Assembly: GCA_963666285.1 (NCBI GenBank)
Contig: OY762711.1
Direction: 5' to 3' (one strand)
DNA from: Sedimentisphaerales bacterium
Lineage (GTDB): Bacteria > Planctomycetota > Phycisphaerae > Sedimentisphaerales > SM23-30
Length of the DNA stretch: 64,000 bases
A program made the position numbers and the translations under genes. The notes under the pieces were generated by a model, which saw only the letters and a program-made list of their open reading frames with translations, did not search any database and was not told the DNA's origin. Numbering within the stretch: position 1 is the first letter of the stretch; the number at the start of each line of letters is the position of its first letter. This document shows, in pieces, positions 10,414 to 19,920 of the stretch.

Positions 10414-11055
10414 ATGCCAGAAAAGAAACGCCTGACAAAGCTTCCAACAATAAGAAGGATGCCAATGTACCTTCGCATGCTCAATAAAGTTTTGAGTGAT
10501 GGTATGCAGCATGTATCATCAAACTATCTGGCCGAAGAGCTGGACCTGGAAGCGATAGTAGTCCGTAAAGACCTCGCGGTTGTGGGAATTTTGGGCAAGC
10601 CTCGTGTTGGTTTTGAGGTCAAGCCTGCGATCGAAGCAATAGAGCAGTTTATGAATTTTAACAGCCCGACGGATGCGGTTCTGGTAGGTGCCGGTCATCT
10701 GGGTCAGGCGCTGCTGGGCTATAGTGGTTTTGTCAAGTTTGGTCTAAATATTGTGGCCGCATTTGACAGTAACCCTGATGTTATTGGAACGACCCTGTAC
10801 GACAAACCGGTTTATCCGATGTCTGAGTTTACTCAGAGATGTGAAGTGAATAATATCCAGATAGGCATTCTGAGTGTGCCTGGCAAATATGCCCAGGAAG
10901 TTGCTGATATGATGGTTTCAGCCGGTTTGAAAGGTATATGGAACTTTACCCCTCGTAAGCTGAATGTACCGCCGGAAGTAGTCGTTCAGCGAGAGGATCT
11001 TGCAGAGGGTCTGGCTGAGCTCAGTGTGAAGCTTAGCCGTATGGGACAGGAGTAA
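10414..11055 (+). CDS. rex: Redox-sensing transcriptional repressor Rex
   Basis: TIRRMPMYLR, VSS..LA, VRKDL, GAGHLG.AL and GIWNFTP motifs. Confidence 0.92.
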   Translation: MPEKKRLTKLPTIRRMPMYLRMLNKVLSDGMQHVSSNYLAEELDLEAIVVRKDLAVVGILGKPRVGFEVKPAIEAIEQFMNFNSPTDAVLVGAGHLGQALLGYSGFVKFGLNIVAAFDSNPDVIGTTLYDKPVYPMSEFTQRCEVNNIQIGILSVPGKYAQEVADMMVSAGLKGIWNFTPRKLNVPPEVVVQREDLAEGLAELSVKLSRMGQE

Positions 11056-11157
11056 GATAAAGCAGCAGAATAGGGTGATTTGCGTGTTTCCTCTAAGATA
11101 GAGTTTTCATAGCGACGCCTCATTAAGCCCTAAAGCAAATGCCAGTACCTATTATTT

Positions 11158-11916
11158 ATGATAAGACTTAACGATACAGAATGGTATTACAACCAGGGAA
11201 TTCAGCGTATTAGTGAAAAGAATTATTCAGGTGCTGTTGAATTGCTTGGAAAACTGATAGAACTTATGCCTGACAATTCTGAAGCTTATTACAGCCTTGG
11301 GGTGGCGTTGTCTAACCTGGGAGAGCATGAGCTGGCATATGAGAACTATCTAAAGGTTGTCGAACTTGACCCTGAATGCAGCGATGCATTATTTAACTGT
11401 GGTCGAACCCTGATAGACCTGGAGAAATTCTGGCAGGCGTGTAAGATGTTCGAAAAGTTTACCATGACCGAACCGGACTCGCCGGAAGGATTTTATTTAT
11501 GGGGCGATTGTTTATGTCGTCTTGGACTGTATCGGCAGGCTTGTGAGAAATATGAGTATTCAGTCGAGTTGGATTCCAGTTTGTTTTTTGTGTATGTCAA
11601 CTGGGGGCTGGCCTTGTTCAACCTGGCATTGGAAACGGAAGAAGGGCCGGAGCGTGCAGAGCTTTTGTACCAGGAGAAGCATAAGTATCAAATGGCTGAG
11701 GACATTGAGCCTGGAGCAGGGAGCTATAACCTGGCATGTGTATATTGCCTGGAGGGCGATCTGGTTTCATGCAGAAGCTGGTTGGAGAAGGCAAGCTTTA
11801 CCGGTCATCTGCCAAGCTGGGAGCATGCCATAAATGATGATGATCTTACACCGGTTAAGCATAAAAAGTGGTTTGTCAAATTAAACTGGCATGCAGAAAT
11901 GAATGAAAAGGAATAA
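11158..11916 (+). CDS. Tetratricopeptide repeat protein
   Basis: Multiple TPRs (P.NSEAYYSLG..L); C-terminal YNLACVY...D.DL motif. Confidence 0.85.
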   Translation: MIRLNDTEWYYNQGIQRISEKNYSGAVELLGKLIELMPDNSEAYYSLGVALSNLGEHELAYENYLKVVELDPECSDALFNCGRTLIDLEKFWQACKMFEKFTMTEPDSPEGFYLWGDCLCRLGLYRQACEKYEYSVELDSSLFFVYVNWGLALFNLALETEEGPERAELLYQEKHKYQMAEDIEPGAGSYNLACVYCLEGDLVSCRSWLEKASFTGHLPSWEHAINDDDLTPVKHKKWFVKLNWHAEMNEKE

Positions 11917-11918
11917 AT

Positions 11919-11945
11919 GAAAAAGCCCGCAGCGGATGCGGGCTT
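11919..11945 (-). terminator. Terminator (AAGCCCGCA family)
   Basis: AAGCCCGCA/TGCGGGCTT stem between convergent genes. Confidence 0.7.
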
Positions 11946-11952
11946 GAATGAG

Positions 11953-13008
11953 TTAATTAAGCATTTTAATTGTTGTCCGTGCGTTTCCTTTAAATGTTTT
12001 CTGTTTTTGCTGCTGCCACAATCTATCGTCAATATCAGCATCATAGGTGACAGAAGCTTTGATATCATAATTTTTGAAGAGCCCGGTTTTTAGATCCACT
12101 TCAATTTCGCCTTGGCCGGAAATGTTGTAATTATCGCTTACCCGTGCAATAGCATTACCATCGGTCGGGTCGTCACCAGCTCTAACAGACACCTTGGCAT
12201 TGAAGAAAGCCGAGTTGTTATTGATTTTAGCTAATTCCATTTCGGTTACTACGTAGCCATCCCTGGAGGTGCTGGCTCTTTCGGTAGTAATCCAGGTATT
12301 ACCGATTTTGAGCGGTTTGTCCGGATAGCGTCTGGGCAGAGAAGGAAACATGTTTTCCTTGCTTTCCCAGACGTCATCAAGCATGTTTTCCAGTTTACTT
12401 TCATAGTAGTCCATATCATCATCGGTATAGTCTTTTTTATCTACGCCTTTTTCATAGAGGATCGCATCAGCAAGGACATTACCATTCCATATCTCCCCGA
12501 TTTCACCGTCCGGCATGATCGCCAGCTTAATATAGTTATTGATCAGCCTGCGCCATCTTTTGAGATAATCCGGTGCTCTTTGATTCTGAGTTGAGTCCCA
12601 TTTGTATGTGCCATCGGCACCTTTACCTTTGATCCAATCCTGGGAGATTATACAAGCTCCGTCAGAAGGGTCTATTTCCAGACATTCGATTGCAAATTCA
12701 ATTTCATACCAGTAGCGAATACGGTTACTGGTAATCCTGCTTTTATTCTGCTCGGTCATATCCATTTCTTCGCGAATAGAAAATGTGTGACGTTCACCTG
12801 GCTCCATTTTGAATTTTATCACAGCAGTCGTCGGTCTGGCCGGAGCCGGTTTAACGACAGGCGGGGTGTTGGCTGCGGGATTGTCTGTTTGATTTTCGGT
12901 TGCGGAAGGTTCATCTTTACTGCATGACGGTATAGCGCAGAGAAATATAACGGCAAAAAACAGGAAGGTAACTTTGATAAGGTAATTTTTCATATTTTTC
13001 CCTTTCAT
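11953..13008 (-). CDS. Putative lipoprotein, beta-rich (DUF6263-like)
   Basis: Signal ending in IPSC, Pro-rich linker, 'P.KPLKIG.TW' and 'VDLKTGL' motifs; true start may be Met6. Confidence 0.65.
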   Translation of the reverse strand: MKGKNMKNYLIKVTFLFFAVIFLCAIPSCSKDEPSATENQTDNPAANTPPVVKPAPARPTTAVIKFKMEPGERHTFSIREEMDMTEQNKSRITSNRIRYWYEIEFAIECLEIDPSDGACIISQDWIKGKGADGTYKWDSTQNQRAPDYLKRWRRLINNYIKLAIMPDGEIGEIWNGNVLADAILYEKGVDKKDYTDDDMDYYESKLENMLDDVWESKENMFPSLPRRYPDKPLKIGNTWITTERASTSRDGYVVTEMELAKINNNSAFFNAKVSVRAGDDPTDGNAIARVSDNYNISGQGEIEVDLKTGLFKNYDIKASVTYDADIDDRLWQQQKQKTFKGNARTTIKMLN

Positions 13009-13146
13009 AAATTAACGGGTGAAATTGCATAACAGATTATTATTTTATGCTTTTAGAAAAGAGTTTCAATATGAAAATGAGTGAAAAGTCAATGCGTGTA
13101 CGTAAGTTTTTGTATTTGTGTAGTTTACGGCAGATTGTTGGTAAAA

Positions 13147-13173
13147 GAAAAGCCCGCAGGAGGTTACGGGCTT
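13147..13173 (-). terminator. Terminator of ECF cassette 2
   Basis: AAGCCCG/CGGGCTT stem plus A-run. Confidence 0.65.
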
Positions 13174-13196
13174 AAAAGAATTTAATTTGCAGATAG

Positions 13197-14498
13197 TTAT
13201 TTAGGTAAGTCTTCAAGAGCTATATCTTTGATGGTCAAATCTCCGAAAATAACCCGATATAATTTTGAATTATCTAATTTCCACCAATAGAGAGGTTTTT
13301 CGGCATCACCTAACATGACTTGTCCGGTGGAAACGTTCCAATTTTCTTGTAGAACAATTTTTTCTTCAACAAATGCAGCTGCCCACCTTGCCGTTTCTAA
13401 AAAATTAGTAGCATCATAGTATTCCTGTTTAGGATCTTTTCCCTTATAAAATTTCTTCATAATCATTTGCTTTATTATATTGGGATCCATTAGTTTGGTT
13501 ATATCTACCGGGAGAATTCCATCAGACATCTCAGCCCATAATTGTAACATATCAATTAATTCAGTTTCATTTGGCTCAGATGTAGAAAATGTCTGTTCAT
13601 GCAGCTCGTATCCGTCAGGAATAGATGTTGAAAATAACTCAGGTTCCAAATCAATATTCCATTCGAAGTCAGTCATAACTTGTTTGGTATATTCTGGAGT
13701 ACAGCTTCCAGATAACCTTCCGCTTACAGACTTAGATTCATTATAGCCAAAGTCTTTAGAATTAATACTTATGTTTTTGATTGGAAAATATTTTTTATTT
13801 GTAGGCGGTATTCGTTCTGATACTACTTTTATAGGCAGTTTAGTTTCCACGTTTATCCAGATTTTTGTATTAGAATACTGCAGCGGCTGTGTATCTTGAT
13901 AAATTTCTACTTCGATTTCATCTATTATCTCATAACCAATAAAGCTTATGTTTCCTTTTTCATGTCGTGAAGCAAGAAAATCTAATGAATTAAAAAGTTT
14001 AATGAAGGGTTGTGGGGCTCTTTTTGATCGATATGCAGTTTTACTATTAGTATTTAATTGGAGTTGGATTCCATTTTTAAAATCAAATATTTGAACATCA
14101 CCAGTATTAGAAAAAGCGTGTCGCTCCACTCCACCGGCATTTATCATGACTTCATTGGACCAGGTAAAATCATTAACTACAGTCTTGCAATGATAATGAA
14201 CGCTTTTTGCCTTTTTTATTTGCTCAACTACATCTGCCCAGGCGATAGTAGCACCATCGGGCGATACGCCGGAGCGATTGAAGGTAATCAGCAGGGCGAT
14301 GAGTATCACTGCCGCTGCGGCAAGTTTGGTTAATTTGTGTTTCATGATTGTTATTCCAATATTTACAGGCTGTTTGGCAGCCGTTTTAGTTTTGTTTGAT
14401 TGCTCCTGAGCCTGTAAAATAGCTTTTAAGCCATCTTCATGTTTGCGGCTGTCAGGAGTGACGTTTATATTTGATAATATTTTTTCTACATTATTCAT
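13197..14498 (-). CDS. Putative anti-sigma factor 2
   Basis: Starts 1 nt after the ECF stop; conserved KLAAAAVILIAL..GVSPDGATIAWADV; LolA-like domain; C-terminal domain homologous to that of anti-sigma 1. Confidence 0.75.
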   Translation of the reverse strand: MNNVEKILSNINVTPDSRKHEDGLKAILQAQEQSNKTKTAAKQPVNIGITIMKHKLTKLAAAAVILIALLITFNRSGVSPDGATIAWADVVEQIKKAKSVHYHCKTVVNDFTWSNEVMINAGGVERHAFSNTGDVQIFDFKNGIQLQLNTNSKTAYRSKRAPQPFIKLFNSLDFLASRHEKGNISFIGYEIIDEIEVEIYQDTQPLQYSNTKIWINVETKLPIKVVSERIPPTNKKYFPIKNISINSKDFGYNESKSVSGRLSGSCTPEYTKQVMTDFEWNIDLEPELFSTSIPDGYELHEQTFSTSEPNETELIDMLQLWAEMSDGILPVDITKLMDPNIIKQMIMKKFYKGKDPKQEYYDATNFLETARWAAAFVEEKIVLQENWNVSTGQVMLGDAEKPLYWWKLDNSKLYRVIFGDLTIKDIALEDLPK

Positions 14499-14499
14499 A

Positions 14500-15036
14500 T
14501 TACACCTGCCTTTCTAACAGACAGCGAAGTTTGTCCAGTCCATAGCGGTACCTGCTTTGAACGGTTTTAATAGATACGTTTTGCTGTTTGGCGATCGCTT
14601 TGAATTTCATCTGGCCCCTGGTATGAAGAATAACCACTTCACGCTGCTCGAAAGGCAGCTTGTTCAGGGCCTTGTTAACCAGCTGCATTTCTTCGTTACA
14701 GATAGCTGAAGCTGACGGCGTTTCTGAGCAGCACGATATGTTTTCAGCACATTCCAGCCCAACTGCCTGCCGTTTATTCATTCTCAGGCGATCTTTGGCA
14801 CGGTTTGCGACGCATGTTGCCAGGTACCATTTCAAACTGCCTTCAAGCTTAAGTTTGTCAGCAGACTGGGCAAAAGAGACAAAGAAATCATGCACCATAT
14901 CTTCAGCGGTGTTAATATCATTAACCAGCCCCATAGCCAGGGTGAGCAGGTAGGCATGATATTTTTCGTATATCCGCTGCAAAGCGGCACTGTCGCCTCG
15001 CCTGAACTTGTATATCAGTAACCTGTCTTCGAGCAT
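14500..15036 (-). CDS. ECF sigma factor 2
   Basis: AEDMVHDFF; LPFEQREVVILH...F..IA...SIKTVQSRYRYGLDKLR. Confidence 0.93.
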   Translation of the reverse strand: MLEDRLLIYKFRRGDSAALQRIYEKYHAYLLTLAMGLVNDINTAEDMVHDFFVSFAQSADKLKLEGSLKWYLATCVANRAKDRLRMNKRQAVGLECAENISCCSETPSASAICNEEMQLVNKALNKLPFEQREVVILHTRGQMKFKAIAKQQNVSIKTVQSRYRYGLDKLRCLLERQV

Positions 15037-15146
15037 CTAAAACCGTTCTTTATAAAGAGTTAGATTTTTTATCCAATTGGACCAACTATTGTCATAATAT
15101 ATCACGATTCGGCCTGGCTTTTTACTCTAAAAAAAAGAAATATTTA

Positions 15147-15180
15147 TAAAAAAACCTGCAAGTGTGTAGCTTGCAGGCTT
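15147..15180 (-). terminator. Terminator of ECF cassette 3
   Basis: CCTGCAAG/CTTGCAGG stem plus A-run. Confidence 0.65.
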
Positions 15181-15214
15181 AGTGAACTAAAAATTATATG
15201 TCAGTATGCCGATT

Positions 15215-16516
15215 CTATTCCGATTGAACCGGGGCTAATGAGTTAACCAGGTCTTTCAGCATTTCGTCTGAGACCGGACGGTTAGCTGCCATTCCGATAA
15301 CCACCTCATCTGGCATAGTGATCATACGAGTCTGCCGTTGGTCGCTAAGCTCAAATTCAGCAAAATCCGGCATATCTTTGGAAAAACCTTCAAGGAAATA
15401 CTTAGCGTATTCTTTGCCGTTTGGATGAGTATAGACTTTTATTTCAGGGCCGGATTCCAATACCAGCTGCTGATTGAAAATCCAGATCATTCTGCCGGTA
15501 TCATAATAGTTTCCCTGGATAAGTAATATATTATTGTCATCAATTGTATTTAATGCCGTGATATAGCTTATAGCCCGGCTACCCAGGGGATCTATGGTCT
15601 GTACGGTCATGATATCGGTTACCCAGGGTAAGTTGCCAATCGTGTATGCTGTGTGATTTAAACCGGCCTGGATTTCATTAGCTGATATTTGTTTTGGCTC
15701 CACAGGTCGATAGTCATTTATTATTGTCTCTACCACATAGCCTTCAGGAACTTTGGTGCTGAAATCTTCCGGGTCGTATTCAAAATCAAATTCGAAATTA
15801 TCCATATAGATCATATTTTTCATTTTTGGATGTCTAAGTTCTATTTCGACAGGTAATTTAGTACCGGTATCTACCCAGACGGTGAAGTCATTATGTTCGT
15901 TTGGCTTGTGTCTGAAGCCGTAGAGATTTTTTCCGTCAACTTCTTTGGTTCCAAGCCTTTCGGTAGATTCCTGATCAAAGCGCTTAACCATATCTATAAT
16001 GTCTGGGTCTTTTTTGGGGCCGTAGCCGAGCATTTTGGTAACAACAGCTTTCTGTTCGTCCGGTTTCAACTCGACAAGTATGGCGTCTTCATTTTGCATG
16101 TCGATGATATGGATAGTACCGTCTTCGACTTCCTGGCGTCTAAGTGACAGATTGACATGGATCACCTCCATAGTTGGCAGATCCGTTCCGTTATCAACGA
16201 TAACTCTCTGTCTACATTTGTATTTTTCATAGTTATTCAGCTGCTTGACGACATCGGCCCAGGCGATAGTAGCACCATCGGGCGATACACCGTTATGGTT
16301 AAAGGTAATGATCAGAGCTATAAGAATTACCGCGGCGGCAGCTAGTTTTGTTATATTATTTTTCATGATATGTTTCCATTTATTTTCGGCCAAAAGCTCT
16401 TTGTTTCTTTTTTTCTGCAGTTGAATTGCATCGGAAAGGATCTCATCTTGCTTTTGGGCTCTAGGGTTTACATTAAAATTTGTTATTAAATCTGATATGT
16501 TATTAAAAGGCTTCAT
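15215..16516 (-). CDS. Putative anti-sigma factor 3
   Basis: ATGA overlap; conserved TM-linker; 'VWVD..TKLPVEIE...FEFD...P.DFS..VPEGY'. Confidence 0.75.
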   Translation of the reverse strand: MKPFNNISDLITNFNVNPRAQKQDEILSDAIQLQKKRNKELLAENKWKHIMKNNITKLAAAAVILIALIITFNHNGVSPDGATIAWADVVKQLNNYEKYKCRQRVIVDNGTDLPTMEVIHVNLSLRRQEVEDGTIHIIDMQNEDAILVELKPDEQKAVVTKMLGYGPKKDPDIIDMVKRFDQESTERLGTKEVDGKNLYGFRHKPNEHNDFTVWVDTGTKLPVEIELRHPKMKNMIYMDNFEFDFEYDPEDFSTKVPEGYVVETIINDYRPVEPKQISANEIQAGLNHTAYTIGNLPWVTDIMTVQTIDPLGSRAISYITALNTIDDNNILLIQGNYYDTGRMIWIFNQQLVLESGPEIKVYTHPNGKEYAKYFLEGFSKDMPDFAEFELSDQRQTRMITMPDEVVIGMAANRPVSDEMLKDLVNSLAPVQSE

Positions 16517-17055
16517 TTGATCACCTCATTATTTAGTAGTGTTTTGAGCTTGTCGAGTCCGTATCGATATCGACTCTGGATAGTATTGATAGAGGTATCG
16601 GTAGATTTTGCTATCTGGGCGAAAGTCATACCTGCCAGCAGGTGCAGCGTTACCGCTTCTCTCTGCTCATAGGGCAGTTTAGCCAGTGCTTTATTGATAG
16701 CTATAGTCTGTTCCTGCTGCTGGGCCAGAAGTACCGGCTCCGGATATTCGGTTTCTATCGCACAGCTGCCTTCGAGAGCAGCCGGTTCCAGCTTTCTGCG
16801 TTTAAGCTTGTTTTTGGCGATATTTGCCACACAAACAGCAGAATATGCCTTAAAACTGCGGTTCAACTTGATTGAGTCAGCCGACTGGACCAGCAAGACA
16901 AAGAAATCATGCAGAGCATCTTCCGCCGCATGGGTATCATTGAGCAACGCTGTCGCCACCGAGGTCAGGTACACCTTATGTTTGGTGTAAATCCTTTCCA
17001 GGGCGATAGTTGAACCTCGCTTGAATCTCCATAACAATATTTTATCTTCCAGCAT
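16513..17055 (-). CDS. ECF sigma factor 3
   Basis: AEDALHDFF; LPYEQREAV.LH...SINTIQSRYRYGLDKL; close paralog of ECF2. Confidence 0.93.
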   Translation of the reverse strand: MLEDKILLWRFKRGSTIALERIYTKHKVYLTSVATALLNDTHAAEDALHDFFVLLVQSADSIKLNRSFKAYSAVCVANIAKNKLKRRKLEPAALEGSCAIETEYPEPVLLAQQQEQTIAINKALAKLPYEQREAVTLHLLAGMTFAQIAKSTDTSINTIQSRYRYGLDKLKTLLNNEVIK

Positions 17056-17157
17056 TATTACCTCTATTTTTAACGTAAAGAATGATCATCCATCATTATA
17101 CATACAACTGAGCAGCTGGAATTAGTCTAAAATATTCTGATTTTCCCAATATTAATA

Positions 17158-17190
17158 GAAAAAGCCCGCAAGAGAGGAGTGCTGCGGGCT
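17158..17190 (-). terminator. Terminator of ECF cassette 4
   Basis: AAAAAGCCCGCAAGAGAGGAGTGCTGCGGGCT; nearly identical to 19705-19735. Confidence 0.7.
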
Positions 17191-17266
17191 GGATAATTTA
17201 ACCGATTGTCAGTTCTAAATGGTACTTCGCATTTTGTTCCTGATTCATACGGTTAGTTTGAGTAAT

Positions 17267-19051
17267 TTAGTTCAACTTGTATTTAGGATATCGCCCTCGC
17301 CAGCTTGGCCCCTTAAATGATTTAATAGTTCTGAGATATCTAAAATCTTCTGTATCCATTTGATTATACGATTTGTAAATGCTGCTGTTAAACCCCTTAT
17401 GATTCAGCAATTGTGTTTGTGTTTTTTTAATGTCCGGCAGGAAGTTATTCCATCCGCCCGCATCGGCATTTTCTATTATCCAATCTACAGTTGATAACGC
17501 AGATTCGTAGTTGTCCAAATTCTGGTATAATTGAACCAAGTCATTTGCACATGCAAAATGCTGCCAGCATGGCGGGGTTTCATTATTGATTTTACCGACT
17601 AGTATATTAAACTGTTTGGTTTTTAGCTCTAACAGTTCTTTATTAAGCATAATGTTTTTCGTTCTTATGAAGTTCCCTTTATCATCAAGAGAGGTATACA
17701 CTGTTGGTTCCAGGGTTTGTATTGATTCTACTAATTCATCAATAATGTCAGCATTGTGTTGGTCTCTTTCGTATGCTATTTCACATAAGACTCTTGCCAT
17801 ATATCCATATTGATACGATTCATGTGACAATAAACCGCCAACCATCCAAAACTTATCTCTTAGCAGCTGCGCTATATATAACAGTTCAGTTTCAGGCAGA
17901 CTTTCATAGTCAATAGCTAACTGGATTTGTTCTAGAATATCTTGCCTGACAGTATGGTATTTTGGCCATTGTTGTTGTATTCTGTCTTGATCCAATAATA
18001 ACTCTTCTAATTTGTCTGTATTATTACTCGGCATAAATTCACGGATGTCGGTATTTGCGAGTGTTTCAATTTTTTCGCTGGCACTATTATCATAAATTAA
18101 ATATGTAAGTCCGATTTCGTCAAGATATGACAAATCTAATGGTTCAACTTTTTGGGGTTTTGCCAGATTTTTCTTGACCGAAGACTTTTTAATCAAATGG
18201 TAATTATCAGGAATTACCGGCGTAAAATCTTTTGCTGTAAATACTGGATTCCATTGAAATTCACACATAACGTAATTGACAACTGGACCATTATTAATCT
18301 TGTAGTTTGTTTCTACTAAAAAAGGCAATTCTGTTTTAACGTCAATCCATAGAGTTGATTCATAGTAATCATACCTGTTTTTTGAATTATTATTTGCCGA
18401 CGATGATAAATGTATGCCTTCAACTACATTTCCATCAATAACCTTTCGGCCAATATTCAAATGTTCACTTTTGCTGTAATTGTCAATTATGTATCTTGGA
18501 GCAAACCAGTCCATACTATCACTATCCCAATCCTCCTGCCGATAATGATTCATTAAGTGACTGATAACATAGAATTTATTTGTTTGCCTAAGAAAATATG
18601 ACTGTCCTGATAGATTATCATCATGATAACTTTCAGTCTTCTTTCCAAACTCTTTGCTATAATACTTTTCTTTTATGTATTTCAGTTTAATTTCTGCACT
18701 TTCCGGCTTTAGTCTTTCATGTGTTTCTGTGCGATACTCTTTGTAAGAATAAGATTCAATATTACCTATTTTTGTAAAGACATCTGCCCAGGCGATAGTA
18801 GCACCATCCGGTGATACGCCATTATGGTTAAAGGTAATGATCAGGGCGATAAGAATAACCGCGGCGGCGGCCATTTTGGTAAGGTTTAGTTTCATGAGCT
18901 TACTCCATTTTTTGTCGCCGGTCGACTGGATGGGAGTATTTAGTATAGCCTGTTTTGCGTTTTCGATATTAGCCCTGGCTTTTTGGTCGCTGATCTCAAA
19001 ATTACCGATCTCATTTAAACAATCTATGATATATTTTTCATCTTTATGCAC
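17267..19051 (-). CDS. Putative anti-sigma factor 4 (longer, helical C-terminal extension)
   Basis: 8-nt overlap with the ECF gene; conserved TM-linker; 'LWIDVKTELP...FQWNP...F.P.IPDNY'. Confidence 0.72.
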   Translation of the reverse strand: MHKDEKYIIDCLNEIGNFEISDQKARANIENAKQAILNTPIQSTGDKKWSKLMKLNLTKMAAAAVILIALIITFNHNGVSPDGATIAWADVFTKIGNIESYSYKEYRTETHERLKPESAEIKLKYIKEKYYSKEFGKKTESYHDDNLSGQSYFLRQTNKFYVISHLMNHYRQEDWDSDSMDWFAPRYIIDNYSKSEHLNIGRKVIDGNVVEGIHLSSSANNNSKNRYDYYESTLWIDVKTELPFLVETNYKINNGPVVNYVMCEFQWNPVFTAKDFTPVIPDNYHLIKKSSVKKNLAKPQKVEPLDLSYLDEIGLTYLIYDNSASEKIETLANTDIREFMPSNNTDKLEELLLDQDRIQQQWPKYHTVRQDILEQIQLAIDYESLPETELLYIAQLLRDKFWMVGGLLSHESYQYGYMARVLCEIAYERDQHNADIIDELVESIQTLEPTVYTSLDDKGNFIRTKNIMLNKELLELKTKQFNILVGKINNETPPCWQHFACANDLVQLYQNLDNYESALSTVDWIIENADAGGWNNFLPDIKKTQTQLLNHKGFNSSIYKSYNQMDTEDFRYLRTIKSFKGPSWRGRYPKYKLN

Positions 19052-19580
19052 TTTTGCTACCCTCCTTTTTTATTGGGGTAGAGTTTATTTTTGATACGAT
19101 ATCACGCAGTTTTGCGATAGCTTTTGAACATGTCGAGCGCAAATGGCTTGCTTTTTTGTCCAGTCGAACAGCGATCTGGTCATAGGTTAACTGTTCTACA
19201 TAATGTAAGTAAATAACGTTTCGGTCCAACTCTTTCAAACCAGATATTGAGTCAAGAACATGTTCGAGCTGCTCATTTTTGATTATTTTGTCAATAACCG
19301 ATGAGCTTTGGTCGCATATTTCAGCGGCATTATCCAAAGTCACAGTCTGGATTTTTCGTTTTCTACGCCAGTCAAACGCGAGGTTTGCTGCCGAACGCCA
19401 GGCATAGGCATACGGGTTATCCGCTTTTTCTATGCCTTTGGTACTTACCAGTTTGACAAATAAATCCTGCAGCAGATCGCCCGCGGTATGTTCGCAGCGA
19501 GTAATCCGCCCGAGCATACGGTGCAGGGATGAGCCATGCTCATCTAACAGGTTCATAACTAATTGCCGGCGTTTTTCCAA
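19044..19580 (-). CDS. ECF sigma factor 4
   Basis: TTG start with AAGGA SD; AGDLLQDLF, AANLAFD..RK and LTYDQIA motifs. Confidence 0.9.
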   Translation of the reverse strand: MEKRRQLVMNLLDEHGSSLHRMLGRITRCEHTAGDLLQDLFVKLVSTKGIEKADNPYAYAWRSAANLAFDWRRKRKIQTVTLDNAAEICDQSSSVIDKIIKNEQLEHVLDSISGLKELDRNVIYLHYVEQLTYDQIAVRLDKKASHLRSTCSKAIAKLRDIVSKINSTPIKKEGSKSA

Positions 19581-19704
19581 GAAATTTCCTTCTTATTCGA
19601 GGTTTGTATCCTCATATGTCTGTTTTCGTTGGCCTTCATATAGACTGACGCATCTAATATACATTGCGCACCTGAAATTTACACTTATTTATTCGTTTAA
19701 ATAT

Positions 19705-19735
19705 AAAAAGCCCGCAAGAGGGAGTGCTGCGGGCC
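19705..19735 (-). terminator. Terminator of ECF cassette 5
   Basis: GCCCGCA/TGCGGGC stem plus A-run; duplicate of 17158-17190. Confidence 0.7.
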
Positions 19736-19757
19736 TAAAAATTGGTTCTATTATATC

Positions 19758-19920
19758 AGGCAACTTCTGAAAATTCATTTTGAGCGACAAGTTTTTCTTT
19801 TGCCTGCTGACATGCGTCACATAAAACAGTGAATATAGCACAATATGCACGGTTTCACGTTCCTTGGCAGCAAATAAAATCTTAAACTATCGAATCAGGA
19901 GCAATTTCCAGAGGTCTCCT
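19758..19920. mobile_element. ~163-bp MITE-like element, copy C (diverged)
   Basis: Colinear with copies A/B (TGCGTCA.ATAAAAC.GTGAATATAGC.CAATATGCA; GCAATTTCCAGAGGTC); abuts the anti-sigma 5 stop codon. Confidence 0.7.
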
